The notes beneath the pieces were generated by a model that was not told where the DNA came from, ran no database searches, and worked only from the letters and a program-made list of their open reading frames with translations. Source: Planctomycetota bacterium (GTDB lineage: Bacteria; Planctomycetota; B15-G4). Taken from it: a stretch of 64,000 nucleotides of DNA. The stretch is from the NCBI GenBank assembly GCA_965248575.1, contig CBDFJQ010000002.1, positions 4,576,001 through 4,640,000 of the forward strand. The letters run 5' to 3'. How positions within the stretch are numbered: position 1 is the first letter of the stretch; every line of letters begins with the position of its first letter. Position numbers and translations under genes: made by a program. Below, piece after piece: positions 36,587 through 46,800 of this stretch.

Positions 36587-38347
36587 ATGCGTCGCTTCCT
36601 GACGACTTCCCTCGCCACACTAGCCCTTTGCGGAGCCGCCGTCTCCCAAACCACCGATCGGGCAAGCCTCGGCCTCGGTGGCGAAGAGGGCACGAACATC
36701 AGCTATGAACCCGCCATCACGGCCGACGGCCGCTTCGTGGTCTTCGAGACGAGCGCCACCAACCTGATCCCCGGCGACTCGAACTTCAATCGCGACATCC
36801 TGGTGCGCGATCTCTCGCTGGGCACCACGGCCGTCATCAGCCTGAACAGTGCGGGCGAGCAGTCGAGCCTCGGCTCCGGCAACCACGAGCCGGACATCTC
36901 GGGCGACGGCCGCTACGTGGTCTTCAAGTCGTGGGCGACGAACTTCGGCCCACCGGCGGACCCGGCCACGGTGAGCGACATCTTCCTGCGCGACCGAGAT
37001 CCGGACGCCGACGGCATCTACGACGAGGCCAACAGCACCACAACCCAGATCAGTCTCGACTCGGGAGGGGCCCAGCCCAATGCTGGGAGTTACACGCCCA
37101 AGATCAGCGGCAGCGGCACGATCGTTGCCTTTGGCAGCGGCGCCGGCGATCTGGTGGCCGCCGGCTCGGCGGGCGCGAGCGTCTTCGTCCGCGACCTGGC
37201 GACGGGCATCAACACGCTGGCCTCCAAGAACACGCTCGGGTTGCCGGTCAGCGGCATCCTTCAGGACATCTCCCGCGACGGCCGCCACGTCCTGTATTGG
37301 AGCAACAGCGCGGACATCGTGCCAGGTGACACGAACGGCTTGTCGGACATCTTCGTCTACGACCGCAGTGCCGACACGACGGCTCGCGTGAGCGTGGCCA
37401 ACGACGAGAGCGAGGCCGACAACTGGAGCAATCTGTCCACGATCTCGAGCGATGGCCGCTTCGTGGCCTTCTACTCGAAGGCCGCACTGGTGCCCGGCGA
37501 CACGGACGTCTTCGGCGACATCTACCTGCGCGACCGCGACCCCGACGAGAACGGCCTCTTCGACGAATCCAATGCGACGACAACGCTCATCAATGTGAAC
37601 ACCCTCGGTGTCAAGAACATGGGCCCCACGGGAGCCACCTATGCGCCTTTCGTGACCGACGATGGGCGCTACGTGGCCTGGTCCGGTGGTGACAGCTCGG
37701 GCACGTGCTGCGACCTGGTCATGGAGGACGTCAACGGCGTCTTCGACGTGTTCTTGCGCGACACTCAAACGGGCATCACCACGCGCATGAGCCTCGACGA
37801 CGACGGTGTCGAGGGCAACGTCAAGGCCTGGGGGCCGTCGCTATCCGAGGATGGTGGTTGGGTGGCCTTCTCCACCTGGTCGGCCCTGGACGACGACGAC
37901 ACGAACACCCACGAGGACATCTACGTCCGCGATCGCAGCACCTGGACCGACGTGGGCTACAACATGACCGGCACGACGATCTTCAACCCGTCGCCGTTCA
38001 AGAAGTGCGTGCCCGTGCTCACCGGCACCGGTGCTCTCAGCGATGGATCCGCCGGCACCGTCTCCCTACACAAGGCGCTGCCCGGCTCGCTCTCCTACGT
38101 CATCATCGGGTTCTCGACGCTTTCGATCCCCTTCGAGGGCGGCAAGCTCGTGCCCGCGGTCGACCTGATCCTGCCCCCGCTCTTGGCCAGCAGCCCGGCC
38201 GCCGGCTTCGGCGACTGGACCGTGCCCTTCACCTGGCCCAGCGGCATCGCTCCAGGCTTCGAGTTCTGGATCCAGGCCTGGACCGTCGACCCCGCCGGCC
38301 TCTCGGGCTACGTCTCCTCGAACGGCTTGCGCGGCGTCACGCCGTAG
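36587..38347 (+). CDS. Secreted TolB/WD40-like repeat protein with the shared C-terminal domain
   Basis: Repeats IS.DGRFV.F.S.A.NL.PGDTN..DIFVRD; ends QAWTVDPAGLSGYVSSNGLRGVTP. Confidence 0.9.
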   Translation: MRRFLTTSLATLALCGAAVSQTTDRASLGLGGEEGTNISYEPAITADGRFVVFETSATNLIPGDSNFNRDILVRDLSLGTTAVISLNSAGEQSSLGSGNHEPDISGDGRYVVFKSWATNFGPPADPATVSDIFLRDRDPDADGIYDEANSTTTQISLDSGGAQPNAGSYTPKISGSGTIVAFGSGAGDLVAAGSAGASVFVRDLATGINTLASKNTLGLPVSGILQDISRDGRHVLYWSNSADIVPGDTNGLSDIFVYDRSADTTARVSVANDESEADNWSNLSTISSDGRFVAFYSKAALVPGDTDVFGDIYLRDRDPDENGLFDESNATTTLINVNTLGVKNMGPTGATYAPFVTDDGRYVAWSGGDSSGTCCDLVMEDVNGVFDVFLRDTQTGITTRMSLDDDGVEGNVKAWGPSLSEDGGWVAFSTWSALDDDDTNTHEDIYVRDRSTWTDVGYNMTGTTIFNPSPFKKCVPVLTGTGALSDGSAGTVSLHKALPGSLSYVIIGFSTLSIPFEGGKLVPAVDLILPPLLASSPAAGFGDWTVPFTWPSGIAPGFEFWIQAWTVDPAGLSGYVSSNGLRGVTP

Positions 38348-38381
38348 GGCGGAGGGCGGAGGGTTTCGTACGGCCGCTTGG

Positions 38382-38909
38382 TCACGCCGGCAGGAACGTC
38401 CCGCTCTCGCGGTCCTTGTGAGCGCCCGGGAACGCCAGCAAGCGGTTGTGCATCGCGACGTAGACCCCGGGGGCTGCGAGCTGGACGGCGAGCAATGCTT
38501 CGGTGAGGTTCTGCAGCGCGTCGGTAGCACGCAAGGCGTACGGGCGGATGGCTCCGGTGAGAATGATCGGAACCCGCGGGCTTGGGTCGAGCTCGGAGAT
38601 GCGTTCCCCGGTCACCGCCAGGCGATCGGTGCCGTGGCTGATGATCACGCCGTCGTAGGCGCGGGCCCGGGCGTGCGCCTCCCTGGCGATGAGGTCGTGA
38701 TCCTCCGGCCTCATGTCGAGGCTGTCCTTGTTCATGAGCGGGACCTGGTCGACCGCGACCCCACCGAGCTGGAGCTTGCTCAGCATGACCTCGAGCACAC
38801 TGACGCGGTTCGACAGGATCCCTTCGAGCTCGTCGTAGGTCTTCTCGATGGTCCCCCCCGTACGGATGAGGGCGACTTGCAGGCGGGACGGATCGGAAGG
38901 TTGGCGCAT
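38382..38909 (-). CDS. Short single-domain asparaginase
   Basis: TGGTIEK, KDSLDM, HGTD, IILTGA. Confidence 0.85.
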   Translation of the reverse strand: MRQPSDPSRLQVALIRTGGTIEKTYDELEGILSNRVSVLEVMLSKLQLGGVAVDQVPLMNKDSLDMRPEDHDLIAREAHARARAYDGVIISHGTDRLAVTGERISELDPSPRVPIILTGAIRPYALRATDALQNLTEALLAVQLAAPGVYVAMHNRLLAFPGAHKDRESGTFLPA

Positions 38910-39036
38910 CCGAGGATGGTAGCCGGGACGGGAGCCGGGCGTCGCAACTCTTGGGCTGATCTGCTCGGGAAAGCCGGCTTGGGCGAGGTGTCCCCCGACC
39001 CTGCCGGCGATCCCGAGCGGCGCGCGTGCTGTCCTG

Positions 39037-40743
39037 TTACTGATCGATCTCTGGCGCTGTGCCCGCTCCGCCTTCGGTGAACTTCGTGCCCGTGTCGTCG
39101 GCCATGTTGCCGTTGCCCGCGTAGTCGATGCGGGAGCCATGGAAGGTGCACTTCAGGGCTTCTGTGTTGGTTCCGCCGTTGTCGAGACCCTCGGCCGCGC
39201 ACATCGTGGCCTTGCAATCCATCAGCGTGTTCACATCCCCGTTGATGTCGAAGCCGTCCTCATCACTCGCCGTGGCCGAACAGCGCATGAGCAGGTTGTT
39301 GTCGCCGCTGATATAGAAGGCGTCTCGCCAGGTATTGACCACCGTGTTGCCGTCGAACGTGTTGGCGTTGCCGCTCGAGTAGATGCCACGTCCTGCGACA
39401 TCGCTGACCTTGTTGTCCTTGACCAAGACGCCATTGCCGCTTTGGTAGATGGCATCCCCACCCAGCGAGCTGATGGAGTTTCCTCGAATGACGGCCGCTC
39501 CAGGTGTGGTGGCGTTGCCTGACGCGTAGATACCGGTGCAGGAGTACGCACCGTCCGAAATCGAGTTCTTCTCGATCAGGAAGTCGTCTCCAGAGATGTA
39601 GATCTCTGCGTCGTACATCACGTACGCGACCCGGTTGCGCGTCACCATGCAACGGTCACCGCTGACGTAGATCGCGTAGGTGTATTCATCATTCAGGTGG
39701 CTGATCCGGTTCCTGTCGATGGTGGCGTCGTGACCGCTAATAGAGACGCCGTACGTCTCGTCACCGCCGCCAGCCATGTCGCTGATCGTGTTCTTTGTCA
39801 CGCTCGCGTCCTCGCCGTTCACTTGGACAGCCACTGTGTCGTAGTCCTCTCCCGCTCCGCACATGCGGATCGTATTCTTGGTGACGACGGCTGAGTTCCC
39901 TTCCACGTAGACAACGTAGATGTCGTCGTCGTAGTTGTTCAAGTTCTCGAACGAGTTCTTCATCACGATTGCGCCTTCGCCACTGATGTAGACGCCGCCT
40001 TGGACATTGTAGTTGACGTTCATCTGGCTGTTGCCTAACACCAGCGCGTCGTGGCAGGATCGAAGTTCGATGATGTATTCGCCGCAGTAGAGGTTCTTGA
40101 ACGTGTTCTTCAGGACCTTGGCGCCGGCGGCGTTCTCGACGAGGATGTAGCACGAGTCGCCGCCCATCGTGTCGACGGTGTTGTTGGAGACGAGCGCGGT
40201 GCCGGCCCCTTCGGCGTCGACCTGGATGATGCCTGCGTAGCCGCGCAGCATGGTGTTCTTCTCGACCTTCGCGTTCGGTCCATCGATATCGATCGAGAAG
40301 CTGCCGGAGCCCTGACCTCTGAAGACGTTCATGGTCACGGCGGCATCCATCCCGTCGATGAAGACTCCGTCGTCACAAGCGCGGAAAAGACACTTGCTGA
40401 CAGACGCATCGTTACCGGTGATCGAAACGGGCGTGCCGCCCTGCTCGAAGGCAAACCCGCTGACCGTGACACCGTCGGCTGTGACGGTCAGTTGATTGTT
40501 GTGCGTGTCATTGAAGAAACCGTCCCAAATGGCCCCTGACTTGCCCTTGAACGTGAGGCGCTTGGCTGTGACGACGCTCTCCGCGTAGCGACCCTTGGAA
40601 ACGACAATCGTGTCTCCGTCCACAGCAGCATCAACGGCGTCATTGATGGTGCCGAAGTCTTGAGGAACCTTGTGAGTCCCGGCCCAGACAAGGCCCGCCG
40701 GAAGAGCAAGGAAAACGATCGTTGCAAGCAGGATGTGACGCAT
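39037..40743 (-). CDS. Secreted right-handed parallel beta-helix repeat protein
   Basis: Signal peptide; VPQDFGTINDAVDAAVDGDTIVV; many I.G..A.V.KN.I repeats. Confidence 0.85.
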   Translation of the reverse strand: MRHILLATIVFLALPAGLVWAGTHKVPQDFGTINDAVDAAVDGDTIVVSKGRYAESVVTAKRLTFKGKSGAIWDGFFNDTHNNQLTVTADGVTVSGFAFEQGGTPVSITGNDASVSKCLFRACDDGVFIDGMDAAVTMNVFRGQGSGSFSIDIDGPNAKVEKNTMLRGYAGIIQVDAEGAGTALVSNNTVDTMGGDSCYILVENAAGAKVLKNTFKNLYCGEYIIELRSCHDALVLGNSQMNVNYNVQGGVYISGEGAIVMKNSFENLNNYDDDIYVVYVEGNSAVVTKNTIRMCGAGEDYDTVAVQVNGEDASVTKNTISDMAGGGDETYGVSISGHDATIDRNRISHLNDEYTYAIYVSGDRCMVTRNRVAYVMYDAEIYISGDDFLIEKNSISDGAYSCTGIYASGNATTPGAAVIRGNSISSLGGDAIYQSGNGVLVKDNKVSDVAGRGIYSSGNANTFDGNTVVNTWRDAFYISGDNNLLMRCSATASDEDGFDINGDVNTLMDCKATMCAAEGLDNGGTNTEALKCTFHGSRIDYAGNGNMADDTGTKFTEGGAGTAPEIDQ

Positions 40744-40855
40744 TGCACTGGTTCCTTCTATGGTTTGGCGGAGGGGGACGCCACCGGCCCAACCCGGCGA
40801 CGAACGAGCTGAGTGTAACGCGCTGCGGCCTCCGTTTGCAGGAGCGACGAAGACC

Positions 40856-42592
40856 TCAGTTGAAGGTCACGTCTCCCCCAGTGACGAACGGGTCGTTGAG
40901 CTTGCGGTGCCCGGCGTTGGAGAGCTTGCTGCGGTAGAGCTCCCGCACCTCGTCCGTGTCCTCATCGGCGACGTACACGACGTAGCGGCCCTTGGGTTCC
41001 ACGACGACCTGCGGACCGTTGATGGTCCCGTTTGGGACCAGTGGGCCGTTCAACTTCAACACCTGGGCCTTCTTCAAGTCGCTCCGGAAGAGTTCGTAGA
41101 GACCCTGGGTATCCTGGTCCATGTGGTAGACGGCATAGCGGCCCTTGGGGTCCAGCTGGAAGTTGAAGAAACCCGTGCCGGCACCAAAGGGAAGCGGCGC
41201 GTTCAGCCGCTTGATCGCGCCCGTCTTCAGGTTGCTCACGAAGAGTTCATTGACGCCGTTGATGTTCTCGTCGCCGACGAACACGGCATAGCGGCTCTTG
41301 GCGTCCACGCGGTAGTTGGCGGGTAGAACGTCGCCCCCAAAGATGAACGGGGCGCTCAAGCGCAGATTTTTGCCCGTCTTCAGCTCACTTCGGAAGAGCT
41401 CGAACACATTGTCGGTGTTCTGGTCGGCACGGTAGACGGCGTAGCGACCCTTGGGATCCAAGACGAGACCCGGCAGGTCCACATCTCCATTGGTTGCCAT
41501 TGGTCCACTCAGCTTCACGGACAGGCCCGTCTTGATATCACTCCGATAGAGCTCTCTCACACCCTGGGTGTCTTCGTCGGCGACGTAGACGACATAACGC
41601 CCCTTCTTGTTCACCAGCGGGGTCTGAGCGGGCAGGGTCCCACCGGGCACAAGGTCTCCGTTCAGCTTCACCATGGCGCCCGACACCAGCTCGCTTCGGT
41701 AAAGCTGGATGCGGGGCGGGGTGGACTCCTGGACGAGGTAGATGGCGTAGCGCCCTCTCGGGTCAACGACGGCATCGGCGTACACGATGTCGCCGGCGGC
41801 CAGCTCCGGGCTGATCTTCATCGAGGCGCCCGTCTTCAGGTTGCTCGCGTAGAGCTCGAAGACTTGGTCGGTTTCCTGGTCAGCTCGGTAGACGACCCAA
41901 TTGCCCTTGGGGCCCATGGTGTACCCGGCGACGTTTCCGCCGGGGACGATCGGTCCGTTCAGCTTGATCACTCCGCCGTTCTTCAGGTCAGCGCGATACA
42001 GCTCGAGGATGCCGTCGGTGTCCTGGTCAGCTCTGTAGACGACGTATCGGCCCTTGGGATCAAACTTGAAGCCGCTGAACACACCGCCGCCGGGGACGAG
42101 CGGGGGGTTGAGCTTCAGCTGTTCGCCTGTGTTCAGGTTACTGCGGTAGAGCTCGATGACCCCGGGGGTGGTCTGCTCGGAGCGATAGACGACGTACCGG
42201 CCCTTGGGATCCAGACAGTAGCTGCCGGCGCTGGTAGAGGCGGTAATGCTTCCGCTCATCTTCAGCCGCTGTCCCGTCGTGATGAGGCTCCTGTAGAGCT
42301 CATGAACGCCCACGGTGTCCTGGTCGGCGTAGTACACGACGTTTCGACCCTTGGAATCCACGAGGAAGGACTCGACTCTGCCGCCGGCTGCGATGGGGCC
42401 GTTCAGCTTGGCCGCCTGACCCGACTTGATGTCGCTCCGGTAGAGCTCCTGAACACCGTCGGTGTCGCCATCGGCGATGTACACGGTGAAGCGGCCCTTG
42501 GGGTCAACGCTAGGCGCTTCCAACTGCGCCAGCAGCGGCGGCGCGGTGAACAGGCCCAGCGCAACGATCCATGACAACGGGTGAAACCGCAT
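40856..42592 (-). CDS. Secreted tandem-repeat beta-propeller-like protein (11 repeats), paralog of 662..2230
   Basis: GGAGGAGGAG RBS and signal peptide; same DPKGRYVVYRADQD..ELYRS.LKTG..KLN repeat. Confidence 0.85.
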   Translation of the reverse strand: MRFHPLSWIVALGLFTAPPLLAQLEAPSVDPKGRFTVYIADGDTDGVQELYRSDIKSGQAAKLNGPIAAGGRVESFLVDSKGRNVVYYADQDTVGVHELYRSLITTGQRLKMSGSITASTSAGSYCLDPKGRYVVYRSEQTTPGVIELYRSNLNTGEQLKLNPPLVPGGGVFSGFKFDPKGRYVVYRADQDTDGILELYRADLKNGGVIKLNGPIVPGGNVAGYTMGPKGNWVVYRADQETDQVFELYASNLKTGASMKISPELAAGDIVYADAVVDPRGRYAIYLVQESTPPRIQLYRSELVSGAMVKLNGDLVPGGTLPAQTPLVNKKGRYVVYVADEDTQGVRELYRSDIKTGLSVKLSGPMATNGDVDLPGLVLDPKGRYAVYRADQNTDNVFELFRSELKTGKNLRLSAPFIFGGDVLPANYRVDAKSRYAVFVGDENINGVNELFVSNLKTGAIKRLNAPLPFGAGTGFFNFQLDPKGRYAVYHMDQDTQGLYELFRSDLKKAQVLKLNGPLVPNGTINGPQVVVEPKGRYVVYVADEDTDEVRELYRSKLSNAGHRKLNDPFVTGGDVTFN

Positions 42593-43096
42593 ACGTCTCC
42601 TCCTCCGGGTCCAACACAATGGGCAGGCATCGTATACGAGGAATCGCTGCGAAGTGTCGCCTCGACAGGATTCTGTCGCGTGGGGGGGGGCTCTCGGGGC
42701 TTCGAATCTGCGCAGGTTCGGTGTTCAGCCGGACGAGCGCGGCACGCGAGGGGACGCTTGCCCTCTCGCTCGCTTGACCTCGTGCCACAGGACGGCAACG
42801 GCTCCATTGACGTCTTCGTGAGCAAGGTAAAATGAGTCGCGACATCGTGAGGAATCTGGAGTTCGGTCTACTCGTCGTGCTCGCGATGGGCGGCGTCTTG
42901 GCACCGGCGTCGTTCGCGAGGCCACTGCCGGCGCGGTGACCGAGCGGGACGAGCTGGTGCGCGGCAGCCGGGGCTAGCAGAGCGGTACCTCTGAAGTGCC
43001 GCCCTGCGCAGACTGCTGTATGTTCGATGCAGCGCACCGCTCGGGAATAGCGCGCCTACGTCGATCGTTCCAAGTACCAGGTCTGGTGGAGAGCCT

Positions 43097-43618
43097 GTGA
43101 TGATGTCGTCCCTCAAGGGCGGAATCCTTCCCCTTGCGGCCTTCGCGGCGCTGGTGCTCTTGGCTGCCTGCGGATCGAGGCAGTCTGCTCTGCAGACAAT
43201 AGACGGGGGTTTCGGCGATGCCGTTCAAGCCTCGCCCATACTGTCTACGGCAGACGGGCAGGTGACCTCACCACCCGCTAGCATCGCCTGGGGTGAGCGA
43301 CACTGTGACTCCTGCACAATGTCCATCGACGCGCCGGGATTCGCCGTGCAAGTGACGACCGTCGATGGTCGACTGCTCGCCTTCGACGACCCAGGCTGCC
43401 TTGTGATCGAGATCGAGATGGAGCGACTGACTCCTGTCGCCATGTGGTTCCATCACGCCGACGAGAACCGTTGGCTCAACGGGTGGAACGCCGGCTTCGT
43501 GCGGCGTGACAACTCGCCCATGGCCTTCGGCTACGCCGCGGTGGGTTCTCGCTCGGCCGACCTGAGTTTCGAGCAGGTCCGGGCCGAAATGCGCGAGCGC
43601 TTCCAGCTGAAGCCCTAG
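43097..43618 (+). CDS. NosL-family (copper-binding) lipoprotein
   Basis: Lipobox LAAC; CDSCTMSI, FDDPGCL, SPMAFGYAA. Confidence 0.8.
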   Translation: MMMSSLKGGILPLAAFAALVLLAACGSRQSALQTIDGGFGDAVQASPILSTADGQVTSPPASIAWGERHCDSCTMSIDAPGFAVQVTTVDGRLLAFDDPGCLVIEIEMERLTPVAMWFHHADENRWLNGWNAGFVRRDNSPMAFGYAAVGSRSADLSFEQVRAEMRERFQLKP

Positions 43619-43654
43619 GCCTTGTAGCGGGTCGGCACAGGCACCCCTTCCAGC

Positions 43655-45691
43655 TCACGGCACCGTGGCGCGTAGGGCATTGCTCGCGGCGAGCCCGAAC
43701 ACGCCTTGCGCATCCAGGATCCAAGACTGGATCCACAACGAGGTTCCCGCGGGGATGCCGACGGGCCAGGTGGTGGAGATGCTGGTGCTCCCCGCGCCGT
43801 CGGTGATGCCGAAGGAGCGGATGACGCCCATCGGCGGCGAAAAGGCCGGCACCAGCACGCCACCCTCGAACGGCAGGTTCAGTGCGGCGAGGCCCACCAC
43901 CAGGAAGGTAGGCGCGCCGGCCGCGGCGTCTTCAAGCGACAGTTGCAGTGGCGTGCCCTCGGCGAGCAGGCCGATGCCCTTGAGGTGCGGCGCACCGTTC
44001 GTTCCGGGCAACGCGAAGCCCAAGTCCGCCCAGGCGATCTTCGTGGTGATGGTCTCCACCGCGTCGAGCACCGGGTTGGTACCGGGGTGTCCGATGAGCA
44101 CGTCGCTGCGTCCGTCGCCGTCGAGGTCTTGGGCGGTGCAGAACGCCTCGCCGTAGCGGCTATCGCCGCGAGGTCCGGTGAACACCTCCAGAAGGCTGCC
44201 GTCGCGTCCGGAGAAAGCGAAGACGAAGACCTGCGGATCGAAGCTGCTCTGACTCAGGTAGTCGCGCTGCGTGCCGCGTATCAGGACGTCTGGCACGCCG
44301 TCGTCATCAAGGTCGCCGGCCGCAGCAACGTGCGTAGCGAATCTGGTGGTCGACGTGGAACTCAGCAGGCCGGTGTACGCGCCCTGGTCCAGCCAGTCGG
44401 TGAGCTCCCAGGCGTGGATCAACGAGCCGTCGCCGGTGGAGTGCACCCGCGCCTGGTTGAGATCGTCCGACGGGCTGCCGAAGAGCACGTCGCCCAGACC
44501 GTCGCCGTCGAGGTCGCCAGGACCCGCGACGCTGGCACCGAGTCCTTCGAGGTCGACGTCGCCGCTCCACTGTCGCACGAGCGCGCCCGTCGCTACGGAG
44601 ATCACGCTGACCTGGCCGCGGTTGATGCCGCCAGCTTCCGCCGCGGGCGTGCCCAGCAGGAGGTCGGCCAGTGTGTCGCCGTCGGCGTCGCCCACGCACG
44701 CCACGTGTGTGCCCAACTCGTCGCGGGCGGCATTGCCTGTGACTTGCCGCAGCAACGAGCCGTCGGCGCCGGAGAAGACGCGCACGAGACCCGCTTTGTT
44801 GCCGGCGGCGTCGTTGAGCGGCGCGCCCACGGCGAAATCTTCCAGCCCGTCGCCGTCGGCGTCGCCGAGGCCCGCGACAGACGACCCGAAAGCGTCGAAG
44901 GGTGCATCGCCGCCGAACGAGAACAACACGGAGCCGTCGACACCGGACAGCACCCGCGCGACGCCCGTGGTGGACTCGTTCGGCGAGCCCACCAGCAGCT
45001 CAGGGATCATGTCGCCGTCCAGATCGGCCAGCGCATCGACGGCGCTGCCGAAAGCGCCGTTCTCCGCGGGGCCGAGCAGGTCCAGCAGCACGGCGCCGTC
45101 TGCCCCCGACAGCAGCAGTACGCGGCCCCGGCCGGCGGCGGCGAGCGGCGCGCCGACGAGCACATCGGGCACGCCATCGCCGTTCGCATCCGGCGTCGAG
45201 GCCAAGGCCGTGCCGAAGTCGGCGCTGTCTTCGGCGAGTTCGTGGCGCTGTGTGACACCGTCCGGGAAGAAGTGAAACTCCGTGAGGTCTTCCGATCCCG
45301 GGCCAAACTGTGCGTCGAACGTCGTGATGCCCAGCCCGAAGCTGGTGTCACCCGGCACGTCGAATGCCAGGCTGCCGAGCCAGTACTGGTAGTTGTGCTC
45401 CAGCTGGCTCGGGACGCCGTCGATCTCCCAGGCGACCCAGTCGACGCCCCAGAACACGTCGTGGTTTGTGAAGTCCACGCGCACGTAGGCGGTGCCCGGG
45501 TAGGGCGCGACGCTGCGGAAGAACGTCTCGGAGCTACTGGAGTCGTCACACCCGGTGATCGACATGAGCTCGTCGGCCAGCACGCCACTGCCACAGGTGT
45601 TGTCGAACTCCCAGTTCAGCGCGGCGAACTGCGCGCCCGCCGTCGTGCTGCACGTGAGGATCAGTGCGAACGCCAGGCCGATTCGTGTCAT
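43655..45691 (-). CDS. Secreted integrin-alpha/FG-GAP repeat protein with the shared C-terminal domain
   Basis: FG..VA..GD.DGDG..D.LVGAP repeats; ends QSWILDAQGVFGLAASNALRATVP. Confidence 0.9.
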   Translation of the reverse strand: MTRIGLAFALILTCSTTAGAQFAALNWEFDNTCGSGVLADELMSITGCDDSSSSETFFRSVAPYPGTAYVRVDFTNHDVFWGVDWVAWEIDGVPSQLEHNYQYWLGSLAFDVPGDTSFGLGITTFDAQFGPGSEDLTEFHFFPDGVTQRHELAEDSADFGTALASTPDANGDGVPDVLVGAPLAAAGRGRVLLLSGADGAVLLDLLGPAENGAFGSAVDALADLDGDMIPELLVGSPNESTTGVARVLSGVDGSVLFSFGGDAPFDAFGSSVAGLGDADGDGLEDFAVGAPLNDAAGNKAGLVRVFSGADGSLLRQVTGNAARDELGTHVACVGDADGDTLADLLLGTPAAEAGGINRGQVSVISVATGALVRQWSGDVDLEGLGASVAGPGDLDGDGLGDVLFGSPSDDLNQARVHSTGDGSLIHAWELTDWLDQGAYTGLLSSTSTTRFATHVAAAGDLDDDGVPDVLIRGTQRDYLSQSSFDPQVFVFAFSGRDGSLLEVFTGPRGDSRYGEAFCTAQDLDGDGRSDVLIGHPGTNPVLDAVETITTKIAWADLGFALPGTNGAPHLKGIGLLAEGTPLQLSLEDAAAGAPTFLVVGLAALNLPFEGGVLVPAFSPPMGVIRSFGITDGAGSTSISTTWPVGIPAGTSLWIQSWILDAQGVFGLAASNALRATVP

Positions 45692-45957
45692 CGTTCGACT
45701 CCCTTCAGGTCTTGTGCGCCGCCGGTCCGAAATCCGGTGCACTGCACCGGTGCGATCTCCGGCTCGCGGCGGACCCACGATACACTCTCTCCTGCCGCGT
45801 GGGGGGGGCACGAAGCTCGATCGCCAGCCCTCTTGATCGCGAAGTCGTTCGACTCGCGCCACACTGGATGCAGTGGGCTGACTGATTCTGAAGGGGCGGC
45901 GTTCACGGCTCCTGGACGCGGAGGGTCGTCCTGCATTCGAAGCCGCAACTTTGGCTC

Positions 45958-46701
45958 TCAGGCTTGGTGTGCCGGCACACCCCCAGCCACGTTCAGCGAC
46001 TCGATCAAGCTCTCGGGCACGGACATCAGCGGGAAGTGACCCGACTCGAGTGTGAGGACCTGGTCCACATTCCAGTGCGACAACATCCTGTCCTGCAGCG
46101 AAGTGGACAGGACCTTGTCGAGGGAGGCGCGCACATAGGTCTTCGCAACGGACCCGAAGCGTGTCTGGCTCAACTGGGCCGCGAACAGGAATGGGGCGGT
46201 CGCCTGCCTCATCGCAAAGTGGGGCAGGAAGCTCTCGAGGCGCTCGGGTTCGTGGACGTCATGCAGCAGGACGCCCTTGACTGCATCTGGCCCGACCGTG
46301 ACGTACGTACCGTCCTCTGAGAACTCGAGTCTTGGCAAGAGCTGTCCATCGGCGTCGCTCTGCATCAGATCCATGGGCGTCTCACCGTGCTGGGGCAGGA
46401 TCGCCGCGACGTAGACCAGGCGCTCGATCTTGTCTGGGATGCGCTCGGCAACTTGCGAGATGATCGCTCCCCCGAGTGAGTGGCCAACGAGGACGATGGG
46501 ACCTGTCAGGGCCTCGGCTTCGTCGATCACGGTCTGGACGTAGGTGTCCATCGTGACGCCAGGGATCGGGGCGTTGTTCTGCCCGTGGCCGGGGAGATCG
46601 ACGGCGTGGGCCCGGTGACCCAGCCTGCGCAAGCCGTCGAGGGTTGCCTTGAATTCCCAGGCTCCGCCCCAGGCACCGTGGACCAGCAAGTAGTTCTTCA
46701 T
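45958..46701 (-). CDS. Alpha/beta hydrolase (methylesterase / salicylate-esterase-like)
   Basis: LLVHGAWGGAW, DLPGHG, LVGHSLGG, LDKVL, SGHFP. Confidence 0.9.
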   Translation of the reverse strand: MKNYLLVHGAWGGAWEFKATLDGLRRLGHRAHAVDLPGHGQNNAPIPGVTMDTYVQTVIDEAEALTGPIVLVGHSLGGAIISQVAERIPDKIERLVYVAAILPQHGETPMDLMQSDADGQLLPRLEFSEDGTYVTVGPDAVKGVLLHDVHEPERLESFLPHFAMRQATAPFLFAAQLSQTRFGSVAKTYVRASLDKVLSTSLQDRMLSHWNVDQVLTLESGHFPLMSVPESLIESLNVAGGVPAHQA

Positions 46702-46800
46702 GACGCGCTCCTGTGTTCGTTTGTGGATGGACGGATGAGTGGGTTCGCGGTGGACCGGGTTGGACCCAGCCCGCCGCGTGTCCAGGCTTTCCTGCTCCGG

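Noticed and set aside
39037..40743. Beta-helix protein as NosD, partner of the NosL-like gene
   Set aside because: It lacks recognisable NosD-specific motifs, is on the opposite strand and is separated by an unrelated gene.
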